This document shows positions 46,072-54,442 of a DNA stretch of 64,000 nt, piece by piece. The translations under genes and the position numbers were made by a program. The stretch is from the NCBI GenBank assembly GCA_017543835.1, contig JAFYFJ010000020.1, forward strand, positions 36,027-100,026, given 5' to 3'. This DNA comes from Alphaproteobacteria bacterium (lineage in GTDB: Bacteria; Pseudomonadota; Alphaproteobacteria; RF32; CAG-239). The notes below the pieces were generated by a model. The model saw only the letters and a list, made by a program, of their open reading frames with translations, was not told the DNA's origin and did not search any database. The first letter of the stretch is position 1; each line of letters starts with the position of its first letter.

Positions 46072-49000
46072 ATGAAAAAAATTGTTTATTCTATTTGTGT
46101 GCTCCTGACCTCACTATTTTTTACGCGCAACGCTCATGCAATATGGCCTGACTTTACGCCGGCGATTCCGTTTTCGCCGCAGCTTTGCGTTATGTGTATT
46201 CCGCCGGCAATTTCGGTTGCGGTGTCTTATTATGACCAAGCCATGCAACTTAAAGAGGATTTGCAAAAATATACCGATATCACAACCTTAAAACAAATGG
46301 CGGCATCGTATGTTTCAAAAATGGGAACGACGGCGTTTAACAAATGGCGTCAAAGTAAGAATACGCGTGACAGAGGAATTTCATACGCCCGCACCATTGA
46401 AGACAGTAAAATTGCCGACCTTAAAGATGAGGCCTCGGTGAAAAATGCGTTTGTGAAATTGTTTATGCAATACCCTTCCGACAAATCACGCACCAAGGCC
46501 GCTTATAAAACCATCGGCGAACAGCTCAAAATGGATACGACTCTTGAGATGTATCTGACGGCGGTGGAAATGGAGAAAAAGCTTTACGGCAACACAAAAG
46601 CCGGAAAAGAAAGCAACGATTCCAAAAATATGGAAGATTTGGGACTGCTTAAACAAATCGATTTGTTTGAAAGCTGCCTTGTTCAAGGCGAAAATTGCGA
46701 TATTGTCGGCTTGAACAGTTGTCAGGAAAAATCCGGCGGCGGTTCGGACGATACCAAAGAAGACCAAGCGTGCTTCTGGAACAGTGCGTTGCAAGCCGAA
46801 AAACTCTATGACGAAATTATGCGCTACAACCTGTTCTTAATCACGATGCACGCACAATATCAGGCCGTTACCGGTATCGATATTTTAGCAAAAATCAAGG
46901 AATATGACGCCGAGAAAAAAGGCGAAGATGACAAGAAAAAAGACGAAGATAAATCATCTTTCCTGATTGAGCCGTATTTTATGCCGAGCACAAATACGGC
47001 AATGAGCGGTGTTTCGGCGCAAGCGGCATTTGCCGATTTGTCACCGGAGGAAGAAGAATTTGCCGAATCGGAATTATCCGGCTATGAAGAAAGTCTTTTG
47101 TCGCACGAAAATGTTATTGACGGCACTTTTGAAGATGCCGACCATCCGGACGGTTTTACATTGACCATCGGCGAGCGCGAAGATGATATTGCGAGTTTGG
47201 AAATCATCGGCGAAGCGCGTTCGGATTTAAATCAGGCGCAAAAAATACACAACTTGAAAAAGACTTTGCCGGAATATAAAAAAGTTTATCAGGATTATGC
47301 CGACGCTCAGGCAAAAATGGAACAGGCAAAAGCCAACTTACAGGCCTCCGGCGAGTGCGTCGAGAATATGATGGCGCCTTATTATGACAATCCAAGTGCG
47401 GTTTGGCTTGGTGGCAGTTGCACATATTATCGCGAAGGTCAGCTTGCTTGCCATTATGAGCCGGAAAAATCGGCGGATGACGAAAGCGAATCCGACGGAC
47501 TTTTCGATATTCTGTGTCCGGATAACGGCGCATATAACTGCTATGTTCAAGAGTTGCGCTCAAGCAACATAACGGGCGGTGTCGCCAAATATTTGCTGGA
47601 ATTGTATTCTGCCGCAAAAGATGAAGATGCGGCCGGCGATACGGAAGCATTTATCAATACGGAAGAAGAACAGCAGGACGGCGGCTATGTTTCGAGAGCC
47701 ACGATTACGACCGGCGGCGAGGGCTCGGAAGTAAGCGAAGATGAAGACGGCTTGTTTGCCTCCACTCGAGATTCCGATGATACAATGGATGAACACCAAT
47801 TGGCAAAAATGTCGGAACAAACTTCGGATACCGATTCGGGCGAAACCGTTTCGAATATGAAAGACCAGGAAAAAGGCGAAGAAGAAAAAGAACAGGCGCG
47901 TAAAGACAGTCTTATCAGATGGGTTATCGGCTCCGAAGTTGCCAAAGAACTGGCTCTGGACTTGGATACGGGCGAGCATAACTGGGGCAGTGTTCGTCAA
48001 AAATTCCCGCTCTGGAATGACCAAATTGCATATTACGACCAATATATTGACGGGAAATATGAAAATATCGAAGATTATATCAACAGTATGAAGCAAGTCG
48101 ATATGTTGCTGAAGTTGGCAACCACTTTGAATGTGATTTATCCGTATAAAGTTATTGAAGGAATCCCGCCGATTTCGGCTGAAACGCAACGCGAAGAAGC
48201 CAAAAGTGCTCTGACGGAATTGGGCGATACCTTAAAGAAAATGAAAGAAGGGTTATTCGGTGCGCCGGCAAATCAGGAAGAAGACGTAACATTTGATGAA
48301 ATATATAATAAGCAAATCGAAGATGCCATTGCCGCCGAAAATGCGAAGATTGAAGCCATTAAATTCGAATATGAACAAAATCGCGCCGCATTGCTGAGAC
48401 GTTTGAAGGCATTGTATGCCGTAATGAACGAAGCCAACACCAATTTAGATGACCTCAACCAAGAGTATAATCAAAATAACGAGATTGTGAAAAAAGGCGA
48501 TGCGACAACACCGGAAGCTAAAGAGGGCTTAGATTACGGCAAAACGCTTTATACCAATCGTAAATTGAGTGCAGATTCGCCGCAAAATACCGAATTTAAC
48601 GCAACCCAAGAAAACAATACCAAAAATTCGGCCGATGCCAGAAATAAACAGGCCACTGCCGCGAATAAAGCCGAACAATACGAACATATTGTGAAGGTGG
48701 CGGAAGAACAGGTAAAAAAAGTTAAAGAAGACTTAGATGTATTGCGCCGTCAATATGTGAAAAAATTGAGCGACGCCGAAGCAAGCGGAAGAACTCAGTT
48801 TACGGAATTTACGGAATCCTTGCGTGCGTCACGGCAAATCGGTGAATGGACATCGGCAACAAACGAGGTTTCGCCGCTTAAATTGTCGGAGAGTTTGTTG
48901 ACGTGCATCAAAACATACGCTCTTTCCAAAGTTTCCGAAGCCAAAACGAAAATCGATAAAATGAAGGATGACCAGTCGCTTTATTATGTTGCCGGCGCCG

Positions 49001-50931
49001 AAAAAGTGCAGGAAATTCATAATAAGATGATTAAGGAAATTACGGAAATACCGCTGGATAAATTGGCGGAATGTGCCGCTCTCGGCGAAATCAACGATTT
49101 TGACAATAATTCGGAAGAAGATATTGCGCCGGTTATCAATGTTTTCAAAGATATTTGTAAAGACGGTTTATGCACCACGCCGGACAGCGATTATTTTGTG
49201 GGCGCCATCGGTTTGCCGCGCGATTTTTCGGCTCCGAAACCGCCGCTTGAGTTCAGCTCGGCACCGTTGCATGAAGTGTTCCATTTTGATATTATCGACT
49301 TCAATAATGTTGATAAATATTATGAAGACAAAGATGATATTTATTCCAACAAAAAGATGTTCACATCGTTTGAAAGTTTCTTAAACTTCCTTAATACAAG
49401 TTCATCGGGCTTTGAATACGGCGGAACAACCTATGATTCAACGGTTCCGGTTATTTGGAAGTATATATTGAAACGGCACGCTTTTGTGCAAAAAGAAATG
49501 GATTTGACGGCATTGTTGGGAGATGACGAAGAAGCCGAAGCGGATTCACTTGCCGCCAACAATGAGAATACGATTTTGCGCGCAGGTATTTTTCCTTGCA
49601 TGGCAACGGATAAATATGTTGTTGATGTTATGAAACCTGAAAAATTGTCATTACCGTTCTTCCTTAAAGATAAAATCAAGAATACATTATATACTTATAA
49701 CTTAAATCGCAAACCGGATAATCCGGACGGCGAATACGGGAATATTCCGGAATGTCGGGCGGTTGAGTTGAAGAGTGTTGACGGCAAAGTGGTGGTATAC
49801 GACAAAGAGGCCGGTTTATCCGTCAGCATCGATGATATCGGAACATTGCGTCCGGGTGCAAGCCGCAGCAGCGAGCTCGGCACGATTATGTCGTATGTGG
49901 TGGATGAAGGAACGGTTATGGAAGCAATGATAAAGGCCGGACTTTTGGGTCACAAAATAGTAGACCGCGCATCGTTGCCGCACCGTTTTACCTTTAATCA
50001 GACCATATTGGATGCCATAGCCGATATTAATAAAACGGAAGATTTAACCGATGATGACGAAGCCGTTAAGTTTTATATGGCAAGCAGATTGCTGTATGAC
50101 AGCAACCAATTCGGCGATTATCTGGAACAGGTGGAATATGAAAGCATTGTAGCGGATTCTATGGAAAAAATCAAAAAGCAAATTGATGAAATCAGCGGTA
50201 AGTTGAACGATGTGTTCTCGGCCGCCAATTATGCGATATCCGATGACTTTAATCTGCTGAACGAAAGTGATTATGAAACCGCCGCCAAGATTATGGATGA
50301 GCAAAAAGAACTGTATCTGGATTTGGCAACACAAAAGTTGGATAATATTCCGGATAATAAGATTAAGTCGCAAAACATACGCGATAAAAAAGACAAATTG
50401 TTGCATAAACGCGCTCTTTTGCAATACGACAGCGAAGAAGTCGTGACCATAAACGGCAGCGAAGAAATAGATGAGCTGGAAGACAAAATTAAAAATCAAC
50501 AAGCGGATAGAACCGTCAATGAAAAATATAAAGAAAAAGAAGATGAAGAATTAGAACGTCAGAAAAAACATAAACGTATGCCGTATTGCGCATTTTATCC
50601 GACGGTAGAGGCCGCTGCCGGCTATTCGCCTAAAACCAACAGTGTGCCGCAAAAGTCCGGCGACAAAACGCTAGAGGATGTTCCGGCAGAAGAAAATACG
50701 GAAGGCGGAGAATTCTCGGCAACAACGGGTGAAGTGACCGGTGCGTCCGGCAATATTACGGCAGAATCCGGCTCGTTTGCAAGTTTAGTCGGAAGTTCGG
50801 CCGTCAACGATAATAATCTCGAGGTTGTTCAAGGGGCAGAAGAAGGAAGCTTGACATCGGCGCAAAATGGTGCAAAATCATTAGATGATTCCGGCGCTAA
50901 GGACTGGGGAATGGTCGGCGGCGGTTTCTAA
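46072..50931 (+). CDS. giant (1619 aa) secreted acidic protein, T4SS-associated
   Basis: AGGAGG RBS and signal peptide (FFTRNAHA|I). No further hydrophobic segment. Multiple coiled-coil and acidic low-complexity stretches; 15 Cys scattered through the mature protein. Confidence 0.75.
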   Translation: MKKIVYSICVLLTSLFFTRNAHAIWPDFTPAIPFSPQLCVMCIPPAISVAVSYYDQAMQLKEDLQKYTDITTLKQMAASYVSKMGTTAFNKWRQSKNTRDRGISYARTIEDSKIADLKDEASVKNAFVKLFMQYPSDKSRTKAAYKTIGEQLKMDTTLEMYLTAVEMEKKLYGNTKAGKESNDSKNMEDLGLLKQIDLFESCLVQGENCDIVGLNSCQEKSGGGSDDTKEDQACFWNSALQAEKLYDEIMRYNLFLITMHAQYQAVTGIDILAKIKEYDAEKKGEDDKKKDEDKSSFLIEPYFMPSTNTAMSGVSAQAAFADLSPEEEEFAESELSGYEESLLSHENVIDGTFEDADHPDGFTLTIGEREDDIASLEIIGEARSDLNQAQKIHNLKKTLPEYKKVYQDYADAQAKMEQAKANLQASGECVENMMAPYYDNPSAVWLGGSCTYYREGQLACHYEPEKSADDESESDGLFDILCPDNGAYNCYVQELRSSNITGGVAKYLLELYSAAKDEDAAGDTEAFINTEEEQQDGGYVSRATITTGGEGSEVSEDEDGLFASTRDSDDTMDEHQLAKMSEQTSDTDSGETVSNMKDQEKGEEEKEQARKDSLIRWVIGSEVAKELALDLDTGEHNWGSVRQKFPLWNDQIAYYDQYIDGKYENIEDYINSMKQVDMLLKLATTLNVIYPYKVIEGIPPISAETQREEAKSALTELGDTLKKMKEGLFGAPANQEEDVTFDEIYNKQIEDAIAAENAKIEAIKFEYEQNRAALLRRLKALYAVMNEANTNLDDLNQEYNQNNEIVKKGDATTPEAKEGLDYGKTLYTNRKLSADSPQNTEFNATQENNTKNSADARNKQATAANKAEQYEHIVKVAEEQVKKVKEDLDVLRRQYVKKLSDAEASGRTQFTEFTESLRASRQIGEWTSATNEVSPLKLSESLLTCIKTYALSKVSEAKTKIDKMKDDQSLYYVAGAEKVQEIHNKMIKEITEIPLDKLAECAALGEINDFDNNSEEDIAPVINVFKDICKDGLCTTPDSDYFVGAIGLPRDFSAPKPPLEFSSAPLHEVFHFDIIDFNNVDKYYEDKDDIYSNKKMFTSFESFLNFLNTSSSGFEYGGTTYDSTVPVIWKYILKRHAFVQKEMDLTALLGDDEEAEADSLAANNENTILRAGIFPCMATDKYVVDVMKPEKLSLPFFLKDKIKNTLYTYNLNRKPDNPDGEYGNIPECRAVELKSVDGKVVVYDKEAGLSVSIDDIGTLRPGASRSSELGTIMSYVVDEGTVMEAMIKAGLLGHKIVDRASLPHRFTFNQTILDAIADINKTEDLTDDDEAVKFYMASRLLYDSNQFGDYLEQVEYESIVADSMEKIKKQIDEISGKLNDVFSAANYAISDDFNLLNESDYETAAKIMDEQKELYLDLATQKLDNIPDNKIKSQNIRDKKDKLLHKRALLQYDSEEVVTINGSEEIDELEDKIKNQQADRTVNEKYKEKEDEELERQKKHKRMPYCAFYPTVEAAAGYSPKTNSVPQKSGDKTLEDVPAEENTEGGEFSATTGEVTGASGNITAESGSFASLVGSSAVNDNNLEVVQGAEEGSLTSAQNGAKSLDDSGAKDWGMVGGGF

Positions 50932-50974
50932 AGCGACATAACGGCGGAATGCTTATTAAATAAAGGGATTTATT

Positions 50975-51730
50975 GTGGCACAGTTAGACAGCGGCGTGAA
51001 AAAGATTTTGATAGGCGGTAATGTTCCGCCGAAAAGCCCGTCGTATCAACCGCATTTTATCAGCGAAGTCGAAAAGGAAGAAGCGTATGGCAAAGAGCGC
51101 TATTTCCGTTGGCTTTCGCGTTTGGTAATGCTGTGCGCTTTTGTTTCGCTCTCGTTTTTCTTGAGTTCGACATTGGTTATTTTCCGTTTGGCGCCGGAAA
51201 TTATCGTTGAGCCGCTTTTACTCGTTTCCAATCAGACGGATTCAAACAATTTGGTGCGCTATGAGCCGATTGCTACCAATATGCCGTCTTTAAAGCAAAT
51301 GACGGAGATGTTTATTAAGCAATATGTGATTGTGCGCAATACGGTGGTGATTGATGAACAGGAAATGAAAACGCGCTGGGGTTTGGGCGGCATTCTTCAA
51401 TATTTGTCATCGGAAGAGGTTTATTCGGATTTTGTCGGCGGTTTTGCCGAAGATGTCGGCCGATTATATAATCACTCGTATTCAAGCGAAGTTTATATTG
51501 ACCGCATCGGCAAAGAAGCGGAAAATTCGCCTTCGTGGACGGTTGACTTTACGGTGCATCACTTGTCGCAGGGGCGTAACAGCACCGGCACAATGACACT
51601 CAAAACAGAAAAATTCAGGGCTTCGGTTACGCCGCGTTATTATCCGGAAAGACGGTTGGTAACGCGCCGTTTGGTTAATCCGCTCGGCTTTATGGTTGAA
51701 AAATACAATCAAAGCGAAATCAGAGAATAA
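50975..51730 (+). CDS. virB8: T4SS protein VirB8, copy a
   Basis: GTG start. Cytoplasmic N-terminus, one TM (LVMLCAFVSLSFFLSSTLVIF), and a periplasmic NTF2-like domain with FIKQYVIVRNT and NPLGFMV motifs. Confidence 0.8.
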   Translation: MAQLDSGVKKILIGGNVPPKSPSYQPHFISEVEKEEAYGKERYFRWLSRLVMLCAFVSLSFFLSSTLVIFRLAPEIIVEPLLLVSNQTDSNNLVRYEPIATNMPSLKQMTEMFIKQYVIVRNTVVIDEQEMKTRWGLGGILQYLSSEEVYSDFVGGFAEDVGRLYNHSYSSEVYIDRIGKEAENSPSWTVDFTVHHLSQGRNSTGTMTLKTEKFRASVTPRYYPERRLVTRRLVNPLGFMVEKYNQSEIRE

Positions 51731-51874
51731 ATTTGTTTAATCTATTTTAATCTTTTTATTTTATTATAATCCCCAAAGAAGTATCTTCGGACGGCTTTGT
51801 GTGCCTAAAATTCGAGGACTTCTTGGGTTTGAGACGATTCTCGATAAACAAATATATTTGAAAGAGAAAAGCAG

Positions 51875-52063
51875 ATGTATAAGAAATTTTTGATTGTTGC
51901 AATACTGTTGATTTTATCGGCATGCAGCTTATTCGGTTCGTATTATGAGCCGGAAGCGGTCGGTATCGGCAAAGACGTCAACGAACTGAAACTTTCGCCG
52001 TGTGCATGTATGCAGCTTGACTTAATGAAAAATGTGCCGGATTGGTTCTGGGAAGCGATATAG
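51875..52063 (+). CDS. virB7: small lipoprotein, VirB7-like
   Basis: 62 aa with lipobox LILSAC. Lies between two virB8 copies, as in Rickettsiales rvh loci. The call rests on size, lipobox and position only. Confidence 0.5.
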   Translation: MYKKFLIVAILLILSACSLFGSYYEPEAVGIGKDVNELKLSPCACMQLDLMKNVPDWFWEAI

Positions 52064-52072
52064 GATATAACA

Positions 52073-52843
52073 ATGGCAGAATTGGGTAAAATTAATACGG
52101 AAAAACGGCTTATATCGTCCGGTCAGCCGCAGGCGGCACACAGCAGCAGTGCATCGCGACGCAATACGATTAAGCGCTCGGACGACAGCTTGGTTGTTAA
52201 TGCCAGCGAAAAAAGATATTTGTGGACGGCACGCGCCTTTGCGGTGGTGACGGCCATCAGTTTGTGCTGCAACTTAATTTTGCTCTTGACGATATCCAAT
52301 ATTCTGCCGCTGTATCGAATTGAGCCGTATTTGATTACTTTAACCAACAAAGAAAATCAAGTATATCACATTGTGCCATACAGTCGTGATATGGAGGCCA
52401 AAAAAAATATTACGGAAACATTTGTTCGGCAATATGTGTTGTTGCGCACAACCTTGTTGCCGGATATTGATGAAATGGAATCACGTTGGTTGAGCGGCGG
52501 CGATTTGCAAGAAATGTCGTCGGAAAGAGTGTATACCATTTTCTTGCACAAAACCGGCCAGCCGTGGTTGCAAAAAATGAAAGAAGACGGCATTACCAGC
52601 AATGTTAAAATTTTGACGGTAAACGAAATTGATGATTCGGTATGGCAGGTTGAATACAGCGTGGATTATTATCTGCCGGCAGAACGTAAGCCGACAACCA
52701 AAAAGTTCCGCGCAATTTTGAGAATTCAGTATCGCGCCAGAGCGGTGCAATATAAAGAAAGATTGAAGAATCCGGTCGGATTTAAGGTAATAGAATACGG
52801 TCTGAAAGATCTTTCCGATGATAGAACGGAGGCAAAACAATGA
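52073..52843 (+). CDS. virB8: T4SS protein VirB8, copy b
   Basis: One TM (AFAVVTAISLCCNLILLLTI), FVRQYVLLRTT and NPVGFKV motifs. Only distantly similar to copy a. ATGA overlap with virB9. Confidence 0.8.
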   Translation: MAELGKINTEKRLISSGQPQAAHSSSASRRNTIKRSDDSLVVNASEKRYLWTARAFAVVTAISLCCNLILLLTISNILPLYRIEPYLITLTNKENQVYHIVPYSRDMEAKKNITETFVRQYVLLRTTLLPDIDEMESRWLSGGDLQEMSSERVYTIFLHKTGQPWLQKMKEDGITSNVKILTVNEIDDSVWQVEYSVDYYLPAERKPTTKKFRAILRIQYRARAVQYKERLKNPVGFKVIEYGLKDLSDDRTEAKQ

Positions 52844-54420
52844 AAATGAGCTTGAAAAAACTGACACTAATACTTAGCGGCGTTTTGCTGTTCGGCAATG
52901 CGTCTGCCGGTTTGATTGACGACCACGATGAAAGTGCGTTGGACCAATATGCCGAGCAATCGCAAGGTAACTATCAGCCGATGAATATGAGTTATGCCGG
53001 TTTCAATAATTTGGGCATGATTCAAGAAGCGTGGCAAGACCCTTTGCAAAACTTGGGCGAAGGACAAAGCAAGCCGGCTTATTCAAAGTATTATTGGTCG
53101 CCGGATTTGGTTTTGCCGATTCGTTTGCGTGAAGGTATGATTACGCTTGTCAATTTTCCGGAATGGGAAATGATTGAAGAAGTGTTTGTCGGTGACCCGG
53201 GCTCGTTTAACGGTCAAAAAGTGTTGCCGAACTCCGTGATGTTTTATCCGATTAACAGCCGTAACGGTGTGGATACCAACATTGTCGTGTTCGGTCGTTC
53301 CGGCAACAAATATGTGTTTTATGCCAGAAGTGAGGCCTATAATACCGAACGTTTGACCAACTCCGTTGTGGATATTGAGGTTTTGGACTCGGCCGGCTCC
53401 GGTAAAGGCGGCGGCGGATTTGGAGGAACCGGCGTTAACGCCAGCAGGTTTCTAGGTGGCAACGGAAAATCGGTGGATTCGACATTTACCAAACGTTTTC
53501 AAAAAGAAGATTGGCTGAAAAGCATACCGATGGATGCGGAAAAATTCAAATTTGATATTGAAATCTATGTTCCGAATCCGGATGATGTGATTATTGCACC
53601 GGAGCGCGTATGGCACGATGATATTTTCACCTACATCGATTTGGGAGAAAAATCGTTGAATATGGTTCAGCGCCCGATTGTGACGATGATTATCGAACGC
53701 AGTGAAACGCCAATCGGCTTCAGAACAAAAGGTCCGAACAACCGCTTGATTATTGTCGAGGGTGTCGGCGATATGGTGATGCGCAGCGGCAAACGTATGG
53801 TCTGCCTCAAGATGCGTCGTTCCGATGACGAAGGGACACAATATGTGACTTATGCCGATACCAGCAAAGAATGGGATGTTGCACCGGCTATACCGGGCGG
53901 TATGGGCGGCGCGGCCGGCGGTGCAAACGGCGGCGGTGGTGCCGGTGCCGGCGGTATGGCCCGTGATAGCAAGGGCGGTGTATATATGCCGAACGGTGCA
54001 TACAGTAGCTTTGGTAACAATTCGGCAAACGAAGTTATGGCAAACTTTAATTGCAACGACAATTCTTGCGGCAATATGTCGCGCTTAAATTCGGGCGGCA
54101 ACAATATGCAGAATCCGTATCCGCAATACAAATTCGGCACGGGCTTTAACGGTCAAAGTACCGAAAGCTTGTCCATTGAATTGGGAACGGATGCCAGCGT
54201 CGGCAATTTGGAAACTCTGTGGAAAGATTTATCCGGTCGCTATCCGGCAATTTTGGGTTCTTACGAGCCGTTCTATTCGGTTGATGCACCGGCTGACGGT
54301 CAGGGTAAAGAACTGTTCCATCTGCGCGTCGGCCCGATTAAGAATCTCGAAACAGGCGATTCGATTTGCGGCGACCTCGGCCGCGGCGGTGTGTTCTGCA
54401 GCGTGGTAAGGACGCAATAA
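52840..54420 (+). CDS. virB9: T4SS protein VirB9 with a Gly-rich linker and a C-terminal SPOR-like domain
   Basis: Signal peptide and CagX/VirB9 N- and C-domains (…IRLREGMITLVNFPEWE…; …WHDDIFTYIDLGE…RLIIVEGVGD…). Then GGMGGAAGGANGGGGAGAGG, and a terminal ~80 aa ending FHLRVGPIKNLETGDSICGDLGRGGVFCSVV (SPOR pattern). Confidence 0.85.
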   Translation: MKMSLKKLTLILSGVLLFGNASAGLIDDHDESALDQYAEQSQGNYQPMNMSYAGFNNLGMIQEAWQDPLQNLGEGQSKPAYSKYYWSPDLVLPIRLREGMITLVNFPEWEMIEEVFVGDPGSFNGQKVLPNSVMFYPINSRNGVDTNIVVFGRSGNKYVFYARSEAYNTERLTNSVVDIEVLDSAGSGKGGGGFGGTGVNASRFLGGNGKSVDSTFTKRFQKEDWLKSIPMDAEKFKFDIEIYVPNPDDVIIAPERVWHDDIFTYIDLGEKSLNMVQRPIVTMIIERSETPIGFRTKGPNNRLIIVEGVGDMVMRSGKRMVCLKMRRSDDEGTQYVTYADTSKEWDVAPAIPGGMGGAAGGANGGGGAGAGGMARDSKGGVYMPNGAYSSFGNNSANEVMANFNCNDNSCGNMSRLNSGGNNMQNPYPQYKFGTGFNGQSTESLSIELGTDASVGNLETLWKDLSGRYPAILGSYEPFYSVDAPADGQGKELFHLRVGPIKNLETGDSICGDLGRGGVFCSVVRTQ

Positions 54421-54442
54421 TCAAAAATCAGGGACATATTCA

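Noticed and set aside
46072-50931. Candidate enlarged VirB6, as in Rickettsiales rvhB6 paralogs, because of position and size.
   Set aside because: There is no hydrophobic segment after the signal peptide, whereas VirB6/TrbL proteins are polytopic. The same holds for the five preceding ORFs.
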